This document shows positions 9,503 to 19,145 of a stretch of DNA of 64,000 nucleotides, in pieces (position 1 is the stretch's first letter; every line of letters begins with the position of its first letter). The notes under the pieces are model-generated. The model saw only the letters and a program-made list of their open reading frames with translations. It made no database searches and was not told the origin of the DNA. This stretch comes from Candidatus Nanohaloarchaea archaeon. Its GTDB lineage: Archaea; Nanohalarchaeota; Nanosalinia; Nanosalinales; Nanosalinaceae. The translations under genes were made by a program, and so were the position numbers. The DNA is taken from assembly GCA_042218325.1 (NCBI GenBank), contig JBDGRE010000005.1, positions 1 through 64,000 on the forward strand, written 5' to 3'.

Positions 9503-10351
9503 ATGGAGATATGGTTCTTCACCGCGCTGGCCGCTGCAGCCTTCAGCGCGTCGAAGTACGGCGTCCAGAAGCACCTGCTGGAGGACTACTCGTCGGTTGA
9601 GATAGGGTACCTCGGCAGCGTGCTGAGCTTCGTCTTCGTCCTCCCTGTCGGTGCCTGGGCCTACCTGCAGCACGGCCTGCCTCTTGACCCGCTCGCCGTC
9701 GCAGGCGTGCTCATTTCCGGGGTCGGCAACGTGGTCGGCTTCTACATGTACCTTGAAGCTCTCAGGATAGAGGACCTCTCCGTGGTATCGCCCCTGCGCC
9801 GGGTGACACCGGTGCTCGTCGCGTTCGTCGAGCCGCTCGTCTTCGGCCTCACCTACTCCGTCAACGTGGTGCTCGGCGCCCTGATGGCTGCGGCAGGAGG
9901 TTACGTCGTGCTGTCGGGCAGGCAGCTGCTAAGGGCTGTCAGGCCGAGCCGGGGCGCCCTGATGGCCCTTTCGGTGTCGGTTATCTACGCGTTCAACGTG
10001 ATCGCCGAGAGGTACGCGACGCAGGTCATCGACCCGCTGCTGTTCTCCGCTCTTGTCTGGGCAGTGATACTCGCAGGTTACGCGGTGCTGGCCCGGCACC
10101 ACGGCGAGATCTCGCCCGCGAGCGAGTTCCTGAGGCCTGCGATAATCCTTGTGGGTCTTCTTACAGTGGCGGGTACGGTCTCGATGTTCTACAGCCTCTC
10201 CATCGCGGAGGCGTCCAGGGTCGCAACTGTCAAGCAGGCCGTTATCGTCTTCAACGTGCTGATAGGAGGTCTCTACTTCGGCGAAGAAAACGTGCTGCAG
10301 AAGATAATCGGCTCCCTGATGATAATCTCGGGTATCGCGCTGGTTATCTAG
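9503..10351 (+). CDS. EamA/DMT family transporter
   Basis: About 10 TM helices in two repeats; LSVVSPL, GLYFGE. Confidence 0.85.
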   Translation: MEIWFFTALAAAAFSASKYGVQKHLLEDYSSVEIGYLGSVLSFVFVLPVGAWAYLQHGLPLDPLAVAGVLISGVGNVVGFYMYLEALRIEDLSVVSPLRRVTPVLVAFVEPLVFGLTYSVNVVLGALMAAAGGYVVLSGRQLLRAVRPSRGALMALSVSVIYAFNVIAERYATQVIDPLLFSALVWAVILAGYAVLARHHGEISPASEFLRPAIILVGLLTVAGTVSMFYSLSIAEASRVATVKQAVIVFNVLIGGLYFGEENVLQKIIGSLMIISGIALVI

Positions 10352-10403
10352 AGACGGAGCCGGCACGGTAACTGCTAAAAAGGTTGCTCAAGCTCTCTTT
10401 ACC

Positions 10404-11663
10404 ATGAAAGCAGTGATACTTGCCGCGGGGCAGTCCTCCCGCTTCAGGCCGCTCAGCGATAGAAGGCACAAGGGCCTCACCGAGGTTCTCGGAAAGCCGA
10501 TAATACAGCACACCATAGAGGAGCTCCGGGAAGCGGGCGTCGACGAAATCATAGTAGTACAGGGCCCGGAGAGAAACATCGAGAACGAGCTAGGTGATCT
10601 GGCGGATACCTACGTGGTCCAGGAGGAGCCGAAGGGAATGGGCAACGCGCTTGAGCAGGCCCGCGAGCACCTATCAGGCAACTTCCTTGTCCTCACTCCG
10701 TACCGGGCGAACGCCTCCCAGTTCTTCGAATCGATGATACAGAGGGCGGAAGAGGAGGAAGATTCCGAGATTGTTTTCGTCTCGACACCGACCGACGAGC
10801 CTCAGAAGTACGGCATACTCGAATTCGATGATAGTGGTGAGAAAGCGGTCGACATGGTGGAGAAACCCTCGGGTGAACCTCCAAGCGACCAGAAGGTCGT
10901 CGGGATGTACCTGCTGCACGAGAACTTCTTCGACCATCTCGACGAGGTGGAGGAGTGGGAGTACCAGTACGAGGATGCGCTCTCCCTCCAGATGCAGCAG
11001 AAACCGGCTTCAGTCCTCAAAATCGATGAGGAGACCAACTCCATAAAGTACCCCTGGGACCTTTTCTCCGTGGTCGAGGAGCTGATGGAGGAGCGCGACC
11101 AGGAAGTTTCCGGTGAGGCGGATATCGCCGACTCGGCGGAGATAAAGGGTGATGTAATCGTCGAGCCCGGCGCCAGAGTATACGAGAACGCGGTCGTGAA
11201 GGGGCCGGCGTACATCGGCCAGGACGCTACCGTGGGCAACAACGCGGTCGTGCGCGACCACGTTGCGCTCGAGGAAGATGTCACCGTCGGCGCGAACTGC
11301 GAGGTCAAGAACACGGTGTTCCAGCCGGGCAGCTCGATTCACTCCCAGTACATAGGCGACTCGGTCGTCGGCAGGGATACAAAGATCGGGGCGGGAACCA
11401 TAGTGGCGAACCGCCGGTTCCGGGAAGACGGGAAAAGACCGCCTGTGGAGAGCGACCTGATAGGCAAGGACTACTCGAAGGACACTGGGCGCGAGTTCCT
11501 CGGAACGTTCATAGGGGAGAACGTCGACATCGGTGTCAACGTCTCCATCATGCCTGGAGTGCAGGTAGGCAGCGACTCGAAGATAGGCCCGGGAACGGTG
11601 GTGCACGAAAAGGTGGAGCACGGAGAAACCGTTTACGTGGAGCAGGACGTGGAGAGAAAGTGA
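10404..11663 (+). CDS. glmU: Archaeal bifunctional sugar-1-phosphate nucleotidyltransferase/acetyltransferase (GlmU-type)
   Basis: ILAAGQSSRFRPL, VEKP, YPWDL, YIGDSVVG, IGAGTIVAN, beta-helix repeats. Confidence 0.8.
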   Translation: MKAVILAAGQSSRFRPLSDRRHKGLTEVLGKPIIQHTIEELREAGVDEIIVVQGPERNIENELGDLADTYVVQEEPKGMGNALEQAREHLSGNFLVLTPYRANASQFFESMIQRAEEEEDSEIVFVSTPTDEPQKYGILEFDDSGEKAVDMVEKPSGEPPSDQKVVGMYLLHENFFDHLDEVEEWEYQYEDALSLQMQQKPASVLKIDEETNSIKYPWDLFSVVEELMEERDQEVSGEADIADSAEIKGDVIVEPGARVYENAVVKGPAYIGQDATVGNNAVVRDHVALEEDVTVGANCEVKNTVFQPGSSIHSQYIGDSVVGRDTKIGAGTIVANRRFREDGKRPPVESDLIGKDYSKDTGREFLGTFIGENVDIGVNVSIMPGVQVGSDSKIGPGTVVHEKVEHGETVYVEQDVERK

Positions 11664-12154
11664 TAGTAGGAATCGACTTCGACCGGGTGCTGTTCGACAC
11701 CGACGCGTTCGACCGGGAGCTGAAGGAGAGCGTGGAAGGTATGCACCACACCGAGGAGGAACCCTACGACGAGAACGGCAACTACAGCCCGGAGATACAC
11801 GCCGAGATACTCGGGATAGACGCGGACAGCATCTACGATGCGGCGGCGGAGATAGCCAGCAGTTTCCTGTACCCCGATGCAGCCAGGCTGGAGCAGGTGC
11901 CGTGCGAGGTCGTTATCGTGACGCGCGGCGAGGAAAAGTTCCAGCGTATCAAGGTCGAGAACTCGGGTGTGCTCGGTTACGTCGACAGCTACATAGTTAT
12001 AGAGGACGGCGACAAGGAGCTGGAAGAACTCGACATGCTCGTGGATGACCGCGAGGAGGAGCTGGACGGCGCGGAGATCCCGACCTTCCTGTTCGACCGG
12101 AAGGAAAACGATATGGAAGATATAGTTGAATGGGTGGAGCAGCGTGAAGCCTGA
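11660..12154 (+). CDS. HAD-superfamily hydrolase
   Basis: DFDRVLFD motif I, VTRG, LVDDREEE. Confidence 0.75.
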   Translation: MIVGIDFDRVLFDTDAFDRELKESVEGMHHTEEEPYDENGNYSPEIHAEILGIDADSIYDAAAEIASSFLYPDAARLEQVPCEVVIVTRGEEKFQRIKVENSGVLGYVDSYIVIEDGDKELEELDMLVDDREEELDGAEIPTFLFDRKENDMEDIVEWVEQREA

Positions 12155-13478
12155 GAAAGTATTCAAGCGTTACGACATCCGGGGTGACTACCCGGAAGAG
12201 CTCGACGAAGAGTTCGCGGAGCGGCTGGGAAAGGCGCTCGGAACGTTCACGAAAAGGAACCACGGCGACCAGGTCGTCGTCGGCCGCGACAACAAAGAGA
12301 CCTCGGAGGGACTGAAGGGATCCTTCATCGAGGGACTTGTCTCGGTCGGCGTCAACGTGCTGGATGTCGGTGTCGGCCCCACGGATTACGTGGCTTTCAC
12401 AGGTATGGAAAGCGACGCGGTGTCAGTCCAGGTCACCTCCTCGCATCTTCCTCTGGACACCAACGGCTTCAAGTTCATGTACCCGGAGGGCAACGGATTC
12501 CTGAACCCCGACCTCTACGAGGTCCAGGACATGTTCCGCGAGAAAGATTTCGATTTAAACGGTAGCGCTGCGGCAGGAACTGACTACATCGGCGAGGGCG
12601 CCCGGCAGGCCTACCTGGCGTCGATAAAGCAGTACTTCCGGAAGCACTTCGACACCATCGACAGGAAGGTCGTCGTCGATACGCTCGGCGGCGCATCCAC
12701 AGGTTACCTTCCCCCGCTTCTGCAGGAGCTCGGCGCCGAAACCGTCAACATAGCGGAGGAGAAAGGTGAAGAAGGGCCTTACCTCGACCCGCCGAACCCG
12801 AGGCCGGAGCAGCTCGAGTACCTTGAGGAACGGGTGGAAAAGGAGGACGCGGATATAGCGGTCGCGAACGACATGGACGCCGATCGAGTTGCGGTGTACT
12901 TCGACAGTGGGTGGATATCCGGCGACCACCTCTTCGCTCTGCTCGCAGACCTGCTCAAGCCGGAAAAGGTCGTGGCGTCTATAGACACCTCGAAGTCTGT
13001 GGAAGAACTTGTGGAGGCAGGAGGCGGCAAGACGCACTACATCCGAGTGGGTGACCCCTTCGTCATCGACCGCGCCATAGAGGTAGAGGCGGAGCTGGCA
13101 GGGGAGCCCAACGGTCATTACTGCTTCCCCGGGTTCGTCCCATACAACTCGGGAACTCTCGCCGCGCTACTGTTCGCCGCGATGGACATCGAGACCGGGC
13201 TCGAAAACGTGCCCGACTACTACACGGGGCGCACCAACATCGAGGTCGCGGACAGCGACGAGAAGGATGAACGGATGGAGAGAATCGAGCAGAGAGTAAG
13301 GAGCGATTACCGGCTGATGTCCGACCTCGACGGCGTCAAGTTCGAGATCGGAGAGGGAAACGTCCTGGTACGTCCATCCGGATCCTCGCCGATTATCCGT
13401 GTCATCGCCGAGGCCCGCAGCGAGGAGGAGGCTGAACGCATCTGCGAGGAAGCGGAGCAGCTGGTCCGCAACCCATAA
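12144..13478 (+). CDS. Phosphohexomutase (PMM/PGM/GlmM family)
   Basis: FKRYDIRG, TSSHLP, DMDADR metal loop, GEPNGH, VRPSGS; GTG start at 12144. Confidence 0.9.
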   Translation: MKPEKVFKRYDIRGDYPEELDEEFAERLGKALGTFTKRNHGDQVVVGRDNKETSEGLKGSFIEGLVSVGVNVLDVGVGPTDYVAFTGMESDAVSVQVTSSHLPLDTNGFKFMYPEGNGFLNPDLYEVQDMFREKDFDLNGSAAAGTDYIGEGARQAYLASIKQYFRKHFDTIDRKVVVDTLGGASTGYLPPLLQELGAETVNIAEEKGEEGPYLDPPNPRPEQLEYLEERVEKEDADIAVANDMDADRVAVYFDSGWISGDHLFALLADLLKPEKVVASIDTSKSVEELVEAGGGKTHYIRVGDPFVIDRAIEVEAELAGEPNGHYCFPGFVPYNSGTLAALLFAAMDIETGLENVPDYYTGRTNIEVADSDEKDERMERIEQRVRSDYRLMSDLDGVKFEIGEGNVLVRPSGSSPIIRVIAEARSEEEAERICEEAEQLVRNP

Positions 13479-13503
13479 AACTCCGCCCCGCCAATTTTGA
13501 GGC

Positions 13504-13719
13504 ATGAGCGAGACACTTTTCCATTTCGAGGAAGGACCGTACGAGATACTTGACTACGAGATAAAGACCCACGACGGCAAGGTCGTTATCGAGGTTAACG
13601 GCGGCGACCTCGGGAGGCTGCCCATCGAGAACATGGAGACCGTCCGCCAGTTGAGAGAGGCGCTGCTCGAGGTCGAGGCCCACTTCAAGGAAGTGCAGAG
13701 AAGGAGTGAAGAGCTGTAG
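13504..13719 (+). CDS. Hypothetical protein
   Basis: 71-aa acidic ORF with host-like codon usage. Confidence 0.6.
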   Translation: MSETLFHFEEGPYEILDYEIKTHDGKVVIEVNGGDLGRLPIENMETVRQLREALLEVEAHFKEVQRRSEEL

Positions 13720-13750
13720 AAGTTGTTCTGGACTCACAGGTTTGAGATAT

Positions 13751-14590
13751 ATGTAACTTGAGAATGACAACCGAGATCTGGAAGTGGAAAGGGGAACTAC
13801 TCGGTTGTTCATGAAGTCCTGTCAGGTGAGGACGAATACAGTCCGGAGGAGGTACTGGGGGGAGGTAGGAGAGCTCCTGGACAGCCGTATCAAGGATATG
13901 CTGGAGTCGTCAGATGCAACTGTGACAGGATATCTTGATGCCGTTTTCCCTGGAGCAGGTGAACCGCGTTATGATCCTGCTCTTTCCTATCAACCTCCAG
14001 GGTTCATCGATGAGGTTGAAGTGGACGATGTTAACGGTTTCTTCAGGGTCCGCGAGAATGAAAGTGTGCATCGTTACTGGATTCCATATGTCGAGGATGA
14101 GACCGTTTGCGTATTCACTGACTACTTCGTATCCGGTTCAGATCCCCTGGAGGGAGTCAGATTCCCGTTTGATGGAGATATGGAACATGTGCCGGAGGTA
14201 TCCGGGAACCCCCAGTTGAAACATCATGTTGCAAGGATGTACGAGGCTATCGAAGATTATGTAGCGGAGGAGTGGGGATTATCTTTTTTCGGGCAGGAGG
14301 TTACACCTCCCGGACACGAGTTCAGCGTTGATATCTCTTCTGTGGAGGATGAGTTCTTTGAGATGCGAGAATCCGACCCTGAGCTTTTCGAGCAAACAGC
14401 TGACAAGATATAGAGGATAGCAGTTGACCCGATAGAGCAGAGTGAGAAGATCATAGCCGGTGAGAGAGTCTACAGGATTAACAGGGAGTACCATATAACT
14501 GGCAATATAGTCAGCGGTCAGAAGAAAAAGGTGAAGTTGAGGCGGCTGGGCCACAGGAAAGACGTTTACTCGGAAGAGGTTGACCACTGA
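13751..14590 (+). pseudogene. Hypothetical N-domain fused to a C-terminal RelE/ParE-like domain, broken by TAA (13754) and TAG (14411)
   Basis: Frame reads M*LENDNRDL...; after the TAG it continues RIAVDPIEQSEKIIAGERVYRINREYHITGNIVSGQKKKVKLRRLGHRKDVYSEEVDH*. Confidence 0.6.
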
Positions 14591-15002
14591 AACCGGTGAT
14601 GAATTTAAAGATTTGCAGGTATTAGATCCTATTAGCGACGATACTCTAGAACTGGCCCAGCACCCCGACACCGTCTACACTGCGGAGATGAGAGGTGAAG
14701 GGGCTGGAGCGTGGCACAGAATCGTCGTTTCACCTCCTGATGAGCGAGATTACCTCCTGCCTCCGCGCACAGACGTAGAAAAGATATCAGAGTTCCACGA
14801 TTACAATGCTTTTGACTGGGGATACAAGGGGTCAGGAGCCTGTCTGACTGCTGGCTCTCTCGTTGCCGATGCCTATCAGGACAGGGAAGCCGCACGTCAA
14901 AACATGGGCAGGTTAGTTGACCGGTACGTTTCTCGCGTTGAATCAGGTGAAGGGTGGACCGTCACCGCAGGAGAGATACATGAGCTGCTGACCGGGGAGT
15001 AA
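14580..15002 (+). CDS. DUF6166-like protein
   Basis: FDWGYKGSG...LVADA resembles the family motif FEWGYGGSGP; TTG start overlaps the upstream gene end. Confidence 0.6.
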   Translation: MTTETGDEFKDLQVLDPISDDTLELAQHPDTVYTAEMRGEGAGAWHRIVVSPPDERDYLLPPRTDVEKISEFHDYNAFDWGYKGSGACLTAGSLVADAYQDREAARQNMGRLVDRYVSRVESGEGWTVTAGEIHELLTGE

Positions 15003-15056
15003 TATATCCTTCTTGGTAAAAGAAAGAAGAGGGAAAATTGGAGGCTTCGAGACGGT

Positions 15057-15224
15057 TTAAACGTCTCTTGCCTTTACGGTTCTGCGTCCGTTAGCTTCTG
15101 CTCTGTCGACAGCTGCGTCGATAAGCCTCTTCACTTCGTCGTCGAGAGCGTCGTAGAAGTCGCTTCCGACGTTGACGCCGGATGCGGCGTCACGGACGCC
15201 TGATTTCTTCAGAACGTCTACCAT
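15057..15224 (-). CDS. Small histone-fold protein (DUF1931-like, 55 aa)
   Basis: MVDVLKKSGVRDAASGVNVGSDFYDALDDEVKRLIDAAVDRAEANGRRTVKARDV; RxTV...RD histone signature; GGTGA SD; not in the ORF track. Confidence 0.9.
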   Translation of the reverse strand: MVDVLKKSGVRDAASGVNVGSDFYDALDDEVKRLIDAAVDRAEANGRRTVKARDV

Positions 15225-15359
15225 GTTGAGTCACCAAGGAAACATTGTAAGGCCCCTTTTTTATAGGTAACGACCCTCCGGGCTTTAAACCGGACTATCG
15301 CGGTCTATACTCCCGGTTCTGTTATTTCGAGGCGATGAAAAACAAACCTTAAATACCCC

Positions 15360-16196
15360 TTAATCCTGCTTCTTGCGTTCTCTCCACAGGTTTCGGCCCT
15401 TATAAATCGTTCCTCCAAGGAGGAGGAACGGGAGCAGGTATCCGATGCCCACTATCATCAGGTCCAGGCTCTGGAAGATCCCGCGGTAGGCCTGCCTGAA
15501 GGACTCCCTGAGCTCGAACTCGTGTGTCAGCGGCTGCGGCTCCTCGTAGCTTATGCTTACCGTGGTGTACTCTACGCGCCTGTCGAGCTGCTCCAGCTGG
15601 TTCTCGAGGAACTGTATCCGTGACCTGACCTCCGACATCCTTTCCTGTATATTGATGGTGTTTTCCACTGAGTCGCTCCTGTTCATCAGTTCTTCGAGTC
15701 TTTTCAGCTCCTGGCGCTTGTTCTTGAGTTCAAGTTCCAGCTCGGTGTATCTTTCTGTGACGTCCTCGATGTCCTTCCGGCTGGATTCGACCGTGTAGAG
15801 GCCCTTGATGTCCTCCACGAAAGCTGTGGCGTTCTCCTCGGGTATCTTGAGTTCGAGGTTTCCGCTCAGGCCGTCGTCCCGGTCGAAAGAGCTGCTGGTT
15901 GAGTATCCCCCGTGATCTTCTGCGAGTCGCTCCGTCCTGTCCATGGCGTCTGCCACATCAGCGACCTCGAGGTCTATACTGTACCTAATGGCTCTTTTTC
16001 TTTCCGTGGACTTGGTTTCTCCGCTGCTTGCACCCAGTGCGAGAGAATCTGGCGCTGCTTGCTTCCTGACCTGTGGTTCAGCGCCGCTGCTCATGCCCTG
16101 CGAGAGTAGCTGGGCCATCCCGCCGGTGATCATCACCAGTCCGACGAACGCCACGGCCAAAAGGTACTTCCGGTTAAGACGTTTTAGCTGCTCCAT
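15360..16196 (-). CDS. DUF4349 domain membrane-anchored protein
   Basis: N-terminal TM helix, LKIP, EDVTERY, coiled coil, RVEYTTVSI, C-terminal TM helix. Confidence 0.8.
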   Translation of the reverse strand: MEQLKRLNRKYLLAVAFVGLVMITGGMAQLLSQGMSSGAEPQVRKQAAPDSLALGASSGETKSTERKRAIRYSIDLEVADVADAMDRTERLAEDHGGYSTSSSFDRDDGLSGNLELKIPEENATAFVEDIKGLYTVESSRKDIEDVTERYTELELELKNKRQELKRLEELMNRSDSVENTINIQERMSEVRSRIQFLENQLEQLDRRVEYTTVSISYEEPQPLTHEFELRESFRQAYRGIFQSLDLMIVGIGYLLPFLLLGGTIYKGRNLWRERKKQD

Positions 16197-16238
16197 AGGC
16201 CAGTGTTGGCCGGCCCCGGTTTTAAAGCAGTGGTTTCT

Positions 16239-16256
16239 GTTCGGTTTCGGTCGAAC
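16239..16256. promoter_or_regulatory. Candidate operator GTTCG-N8-CGAAC
   Basis: Inverted repeat between the divergent DUF4349 and ArsR genes; the same motif recurs at 24393-24410. Confidence 0.45.
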
Positions 16257-16300
16257 CACGCTGGCAAGGTAAATAAATGTGGCACGAGCGTTTTGAATAT

Positions 16301-16837
16301 ATGGACCTTGACTTCAAGACCGTCCGTGCACTTTCGTCCCCGACCCGGATAAAGATACTTAACGAGGTCCTGGAGAACGAGTCCACACCGACTTCCCTGA
16401 GCGATGAGCTCGACAGGAGCAAGTCGACGATTTCCTCTCACCTCGATACGCTTCTTGAGGCCGGACTGGTGGAGAAGGATTCCGAGGAGGGCAGGAGGCG
16501 CGTGGTTTACAACCCGACCAGGAAGGCCCGCACCATAGTCGAGGGCAAGGAGAGAAAGGTCAAGTTCAGCGTCACTTCCTCCATAGTGTCCGGTATCGCA
16601 GGCGTAGCGATGCTCGGTTACAGCCAGGTGGGTTTCGCGAAGAGCTCCGCTGCCGACGGGGCGCAGGCAGGGGCCATGATGCTTTCACAGGAGGCTAACA
16701 GCGCGTCGACCATGATATCTCAGAACGGTGCGCCGGTCGACCCTGCTACCGCGGTGCTTGCGGTAAGCCTGTTCTTCCTTGGCGTGTCTGTTTCAGGACT
16801 GGCCTACGGTTTCTTCCTGAACAGGCTCGGTTCCTAA
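16301..16837 (+). CDS. ArsR-family winged-helix regulator with two C-terminal TM helices
   Basis: ALSSPTRIKIL, SKSTISSHLDTLLEAGLV, hydrophobic C-terminus. Confidence 0.8.
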   Translation: MDLDFKTVRALSSPTRIKILNEVLENESTPTSLSDELDRSKSTISSHLDTLLEAGLVEKDSEEGRRRVVYNPTRKARTIVEGKERKVKFSVTSSIVSGIAGVAMLGYSQVGFAKSSAADGAQAGAMMLSQEANSASTMISQNGAPVDPATAVLAVSLFFLGVSVSGLAYGFFLNRLGS

Positions 16838-16906
16838 GGTATTAAACATTAGGAGAAAAACCTTTCCCAAGAAACTTCACGCATCACAAGTATCCTGTGA
16901 CACGAA

Positions 16907-17347
16907 ATGCCATCATGTGAACTCTGTGGAACCGACGAAGATTCTCTGACAAAGGTCAAAATCGAGGGAGCGAGGATGAATGTCTGTGACTCCTGCACCG
17001 AGATGGGCGAGGAAGTGAAGACCGGGAAGAAAAAGAAACAGAGGAAGAGGAAATCGAGCCCGCGGACGCGCCAGGTCCTGGTCGACGACTACGGCGACCG
17101 CATAAAGGAAGCGCGCGAGTCAGAGGGCATATCCATCAAGGAGCTGGCGGACGAGCTGAACGAGAAATCTTCGCTCCTATCGAAGGTGGAGCGTGGTGAC
17201 CTGAAGCCGGATAACTCCCTCGCGGGAAAGCTCGCGGACCGGCTCGAAGTAAAGCTTTACACCAACCCGGCTGTCAACGACTACAGCCAGGAAGGAGGCG
17301 TTGACTCCCGTAAGGCGACCGTAGGCGACGTGGCGGACATGGACTAG
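16907..17347 (+). CDS. mbf1: Archaeal multiprotein bridging factor 1
   Basis: CELCG...VCDSC zinc ribbon, LVDDYG, HTH, T(L/V)GD-like TVGD C-terminus. Confidence 0.88.
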   Translation: MPSCELCGTDEDSLTKVKIEGARMNVCDSCTEMGEEVKTGKKKKQRKRKSSPRTRQVLVDDYGDRIKEARESEGISIKELADELNEKSSLLSKVERGDLKPDNSLAGKLADRLEVKLYTNPAVNDYSQEGGVDSRKATVGDVADMD

Positions 17348-17811
17348 AGTTTCAGTTCCCGGTCAAGCAGCAGGTGGGAGAAGAGGCCGGTGCCCAGTGC
17401 AAGGCCTGGGATGGCTGAACCGGCCGCGTAGACCCCGGTCACAGCCATAGCGGCAGTGACTGCGAGACAGAAGCTGATCGAGTGGGTCACGCCACGGTGC
17501 CGGAGTTTCACCGCGGCTATCGCGGAGTAGATTAGGAGGACGGCTATTACCGCCAGGACGAACCTGTAGCGGTAATCGACCGGGGCAAACAACAGGACTG
17601 ATATCCCGGCTGATATGCTCGTGAACGCCTTCGCGGACCTGTGGACGTATGATTTCCGGTGGTCGATGTCCGGGAGCACCGAACCCACGAAGACCGCGGC
17701 GACCGCCGCCACCATCATGGCTGGTGTCGTGAAAAACCAGCTGGAAAGGAAATAGTAGGACACGGCAGCGAAGAGGAACCCGAAGAGCACGTGTTCACTG
17801 AAATCACCCAT
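17344..17811 (-). CDS. Membrane-bound metal-dependent hydrolase (YdjM-like)
   Basis: GSVLPDIDH, HRGVTHS, SHLLLD. Confidence 0.85.
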   Translation of the reverse strand: MGDFSEHVLFGFLFAAVSYYFLSSWFFTTPAMMVAAVAAVFVGSVLPDIDHRKSYVHRSAKAFTSISAGISVLLFAPVDYRYRFVLAVIAVLLIYSAIAAVKLRHRGVTHSISFCLAVTAAMAVTGVYAAGSAIPGLALGTGLFSHLLLDRELKL

Positions 17812-17836
17812 ATCTATTTCACGGCGTTAGCCTTGC

Positions 17837-18703
17837 TTAAGCTTTGCCGTTGCATACCGCCCTGAGCCCGTGTATAACCGCCTCTTCTCCAAGTGCGCAG
17901 GTTTCGATATCCGGGGCCGTGTTCACAGATCTCTCCTCCACGCCACGTTCCAGGGGCTCTACCACGACTCCTGGATGGTTCAGGGCGACGGCACCGCCGA
18001 AGACTATCTTGCCGGGGTTGTAAAGGTCTACTATGTCGGCCACGGCCTGCGCGTTCAGCTCCTGCATCCTTTCTATCGCTTCCTGCGCATTTCTCTCGCC
18101 GGAGCCGTTCTCCCTGAACAGTTCCCGTGCATCCTCGAACTTTTTGCCCGAGACCCTCTCCGCAAGTCCTGGAAGCGAGTTACCGGAGCAGTAGGCCTCC
18201 CAGTGGTCGGTCCCTCCACAACCGCACTCGACGCCCTCGTCCGCGATTTTCATGTGGCCGACCTCGCCGAAGTTGCCATCCGCGCCCTCCACGATTTCGC
18301 CGTCGACTATCATCCCGGCTCCTATACCGCTTGAGATGGTGATGTAGAGCAGGTTCTCGGAGTCATGCCCGCCGTAGTGGTACTCGCCGAGGACCGCGGA
18401 GGCGCAGTCGTTTATGATATCCACATCGCCGAACTCCTCCAGCGGCCGCTTTATCTGTACCTCGTCCATGTCATCGATATTCGGTGGCCTGAATACCCCC
18501 TTCTCGCGGTCGATGGGCCCGGCAGCCGCGACCGCGACCCGATCTATCTCCTTTATCTTCTCGCTCGAGAAAGTCTGCTCCAGGCAGTAACCTATGTCGT
18601 CGAGGAATTCCCTGCTCTTCACCTTCTTGACGACCTCGAAATCGCCGTTACCGACACCTATCAACGTGTTTGTACCCCCGATGTCGACGCACAGGAAGGC
18701 CAT
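17837..18703 (-). CDS. ROK family sugar kinase (glucokinase)
   Basis: DIGGT, INDC, SSGIGAG, GEVGH, CGCGGTDHWEAYCSG; ATG at 18703. Confidence 0.9.
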   Translation of the reverse strand: MAFLCVDIGGTNTLIGVGNGDFEVVKKVKSREFLDDIGYCLEQTFSSEKIKEIDRVAVAAAGPIDREKGVFRPPNIDDMDEVQIKRPLEEFGDVDIINDCASAVLGEYHYGGHDSENLLYITISSGIGAGMIVDGEIVEGADGNFGEVGHMKIADEGVECGCGGTDHWEAYCSGNSLPGLAERVSGKKFEDARELFRENGSGERNAQEAIERMQELNAQAVADIVDLYNPGKIVFGGAVALNHPGVVVEPLERGVEERSVNTAPDIETCALGEEAVIHGLRAVCNGKA

Positions 18704-18890
18704 AATACGAGGTAATACCGGAAGTTTTTGAATCAATCGCTTTTCCCACGGCTCTCCCACGCGTCTTTAAAACTCTCTGGTGCTTACTCGATGGTAACGT
18801 GATGACAATGCAAGGTGACCGCGTTCACCAGGAAAGTTTCCAGAACTACTTCTAAAACCAGTAACAGTTCCAGCTCTACCGAAGGCATCC

Positions 18891-19145
18891 CGGAAAAGGG
18901 ACGCCAGTGTTTTCACCTTCTCCGCGACCTTAGACAGCAAGGGGCGGATAACTATACCTGCCCGTCTAAGGAACCGGCTCGAACTGGAAGAAGGTGAAGA
19001 TATTTCTCTTACGCTCGGCGATTATGAGGTGATCACTGAAGAGGTCGGGAGCTACCGGGAAGCTCTGGAATTTATTCGGTCGCTTGACTCAGTGGAGGGT
19101 TTCACCTACAGAGAAGGAGTGGTGGAGGTGGTTCTTGATGGCTGA
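18891..19145 (+). pseudogene. AbrB/MazE/SpoVT-family DNA-binding domain with no in-frame canonical start (5' frameshift or non-AUG start)
   Basis: ...FSATLDSKGRITIPARLRNRLELEEGEDISLTL...; stop overlaps hisG start; 5' coordinate is approximate. Confidence 0.65.
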
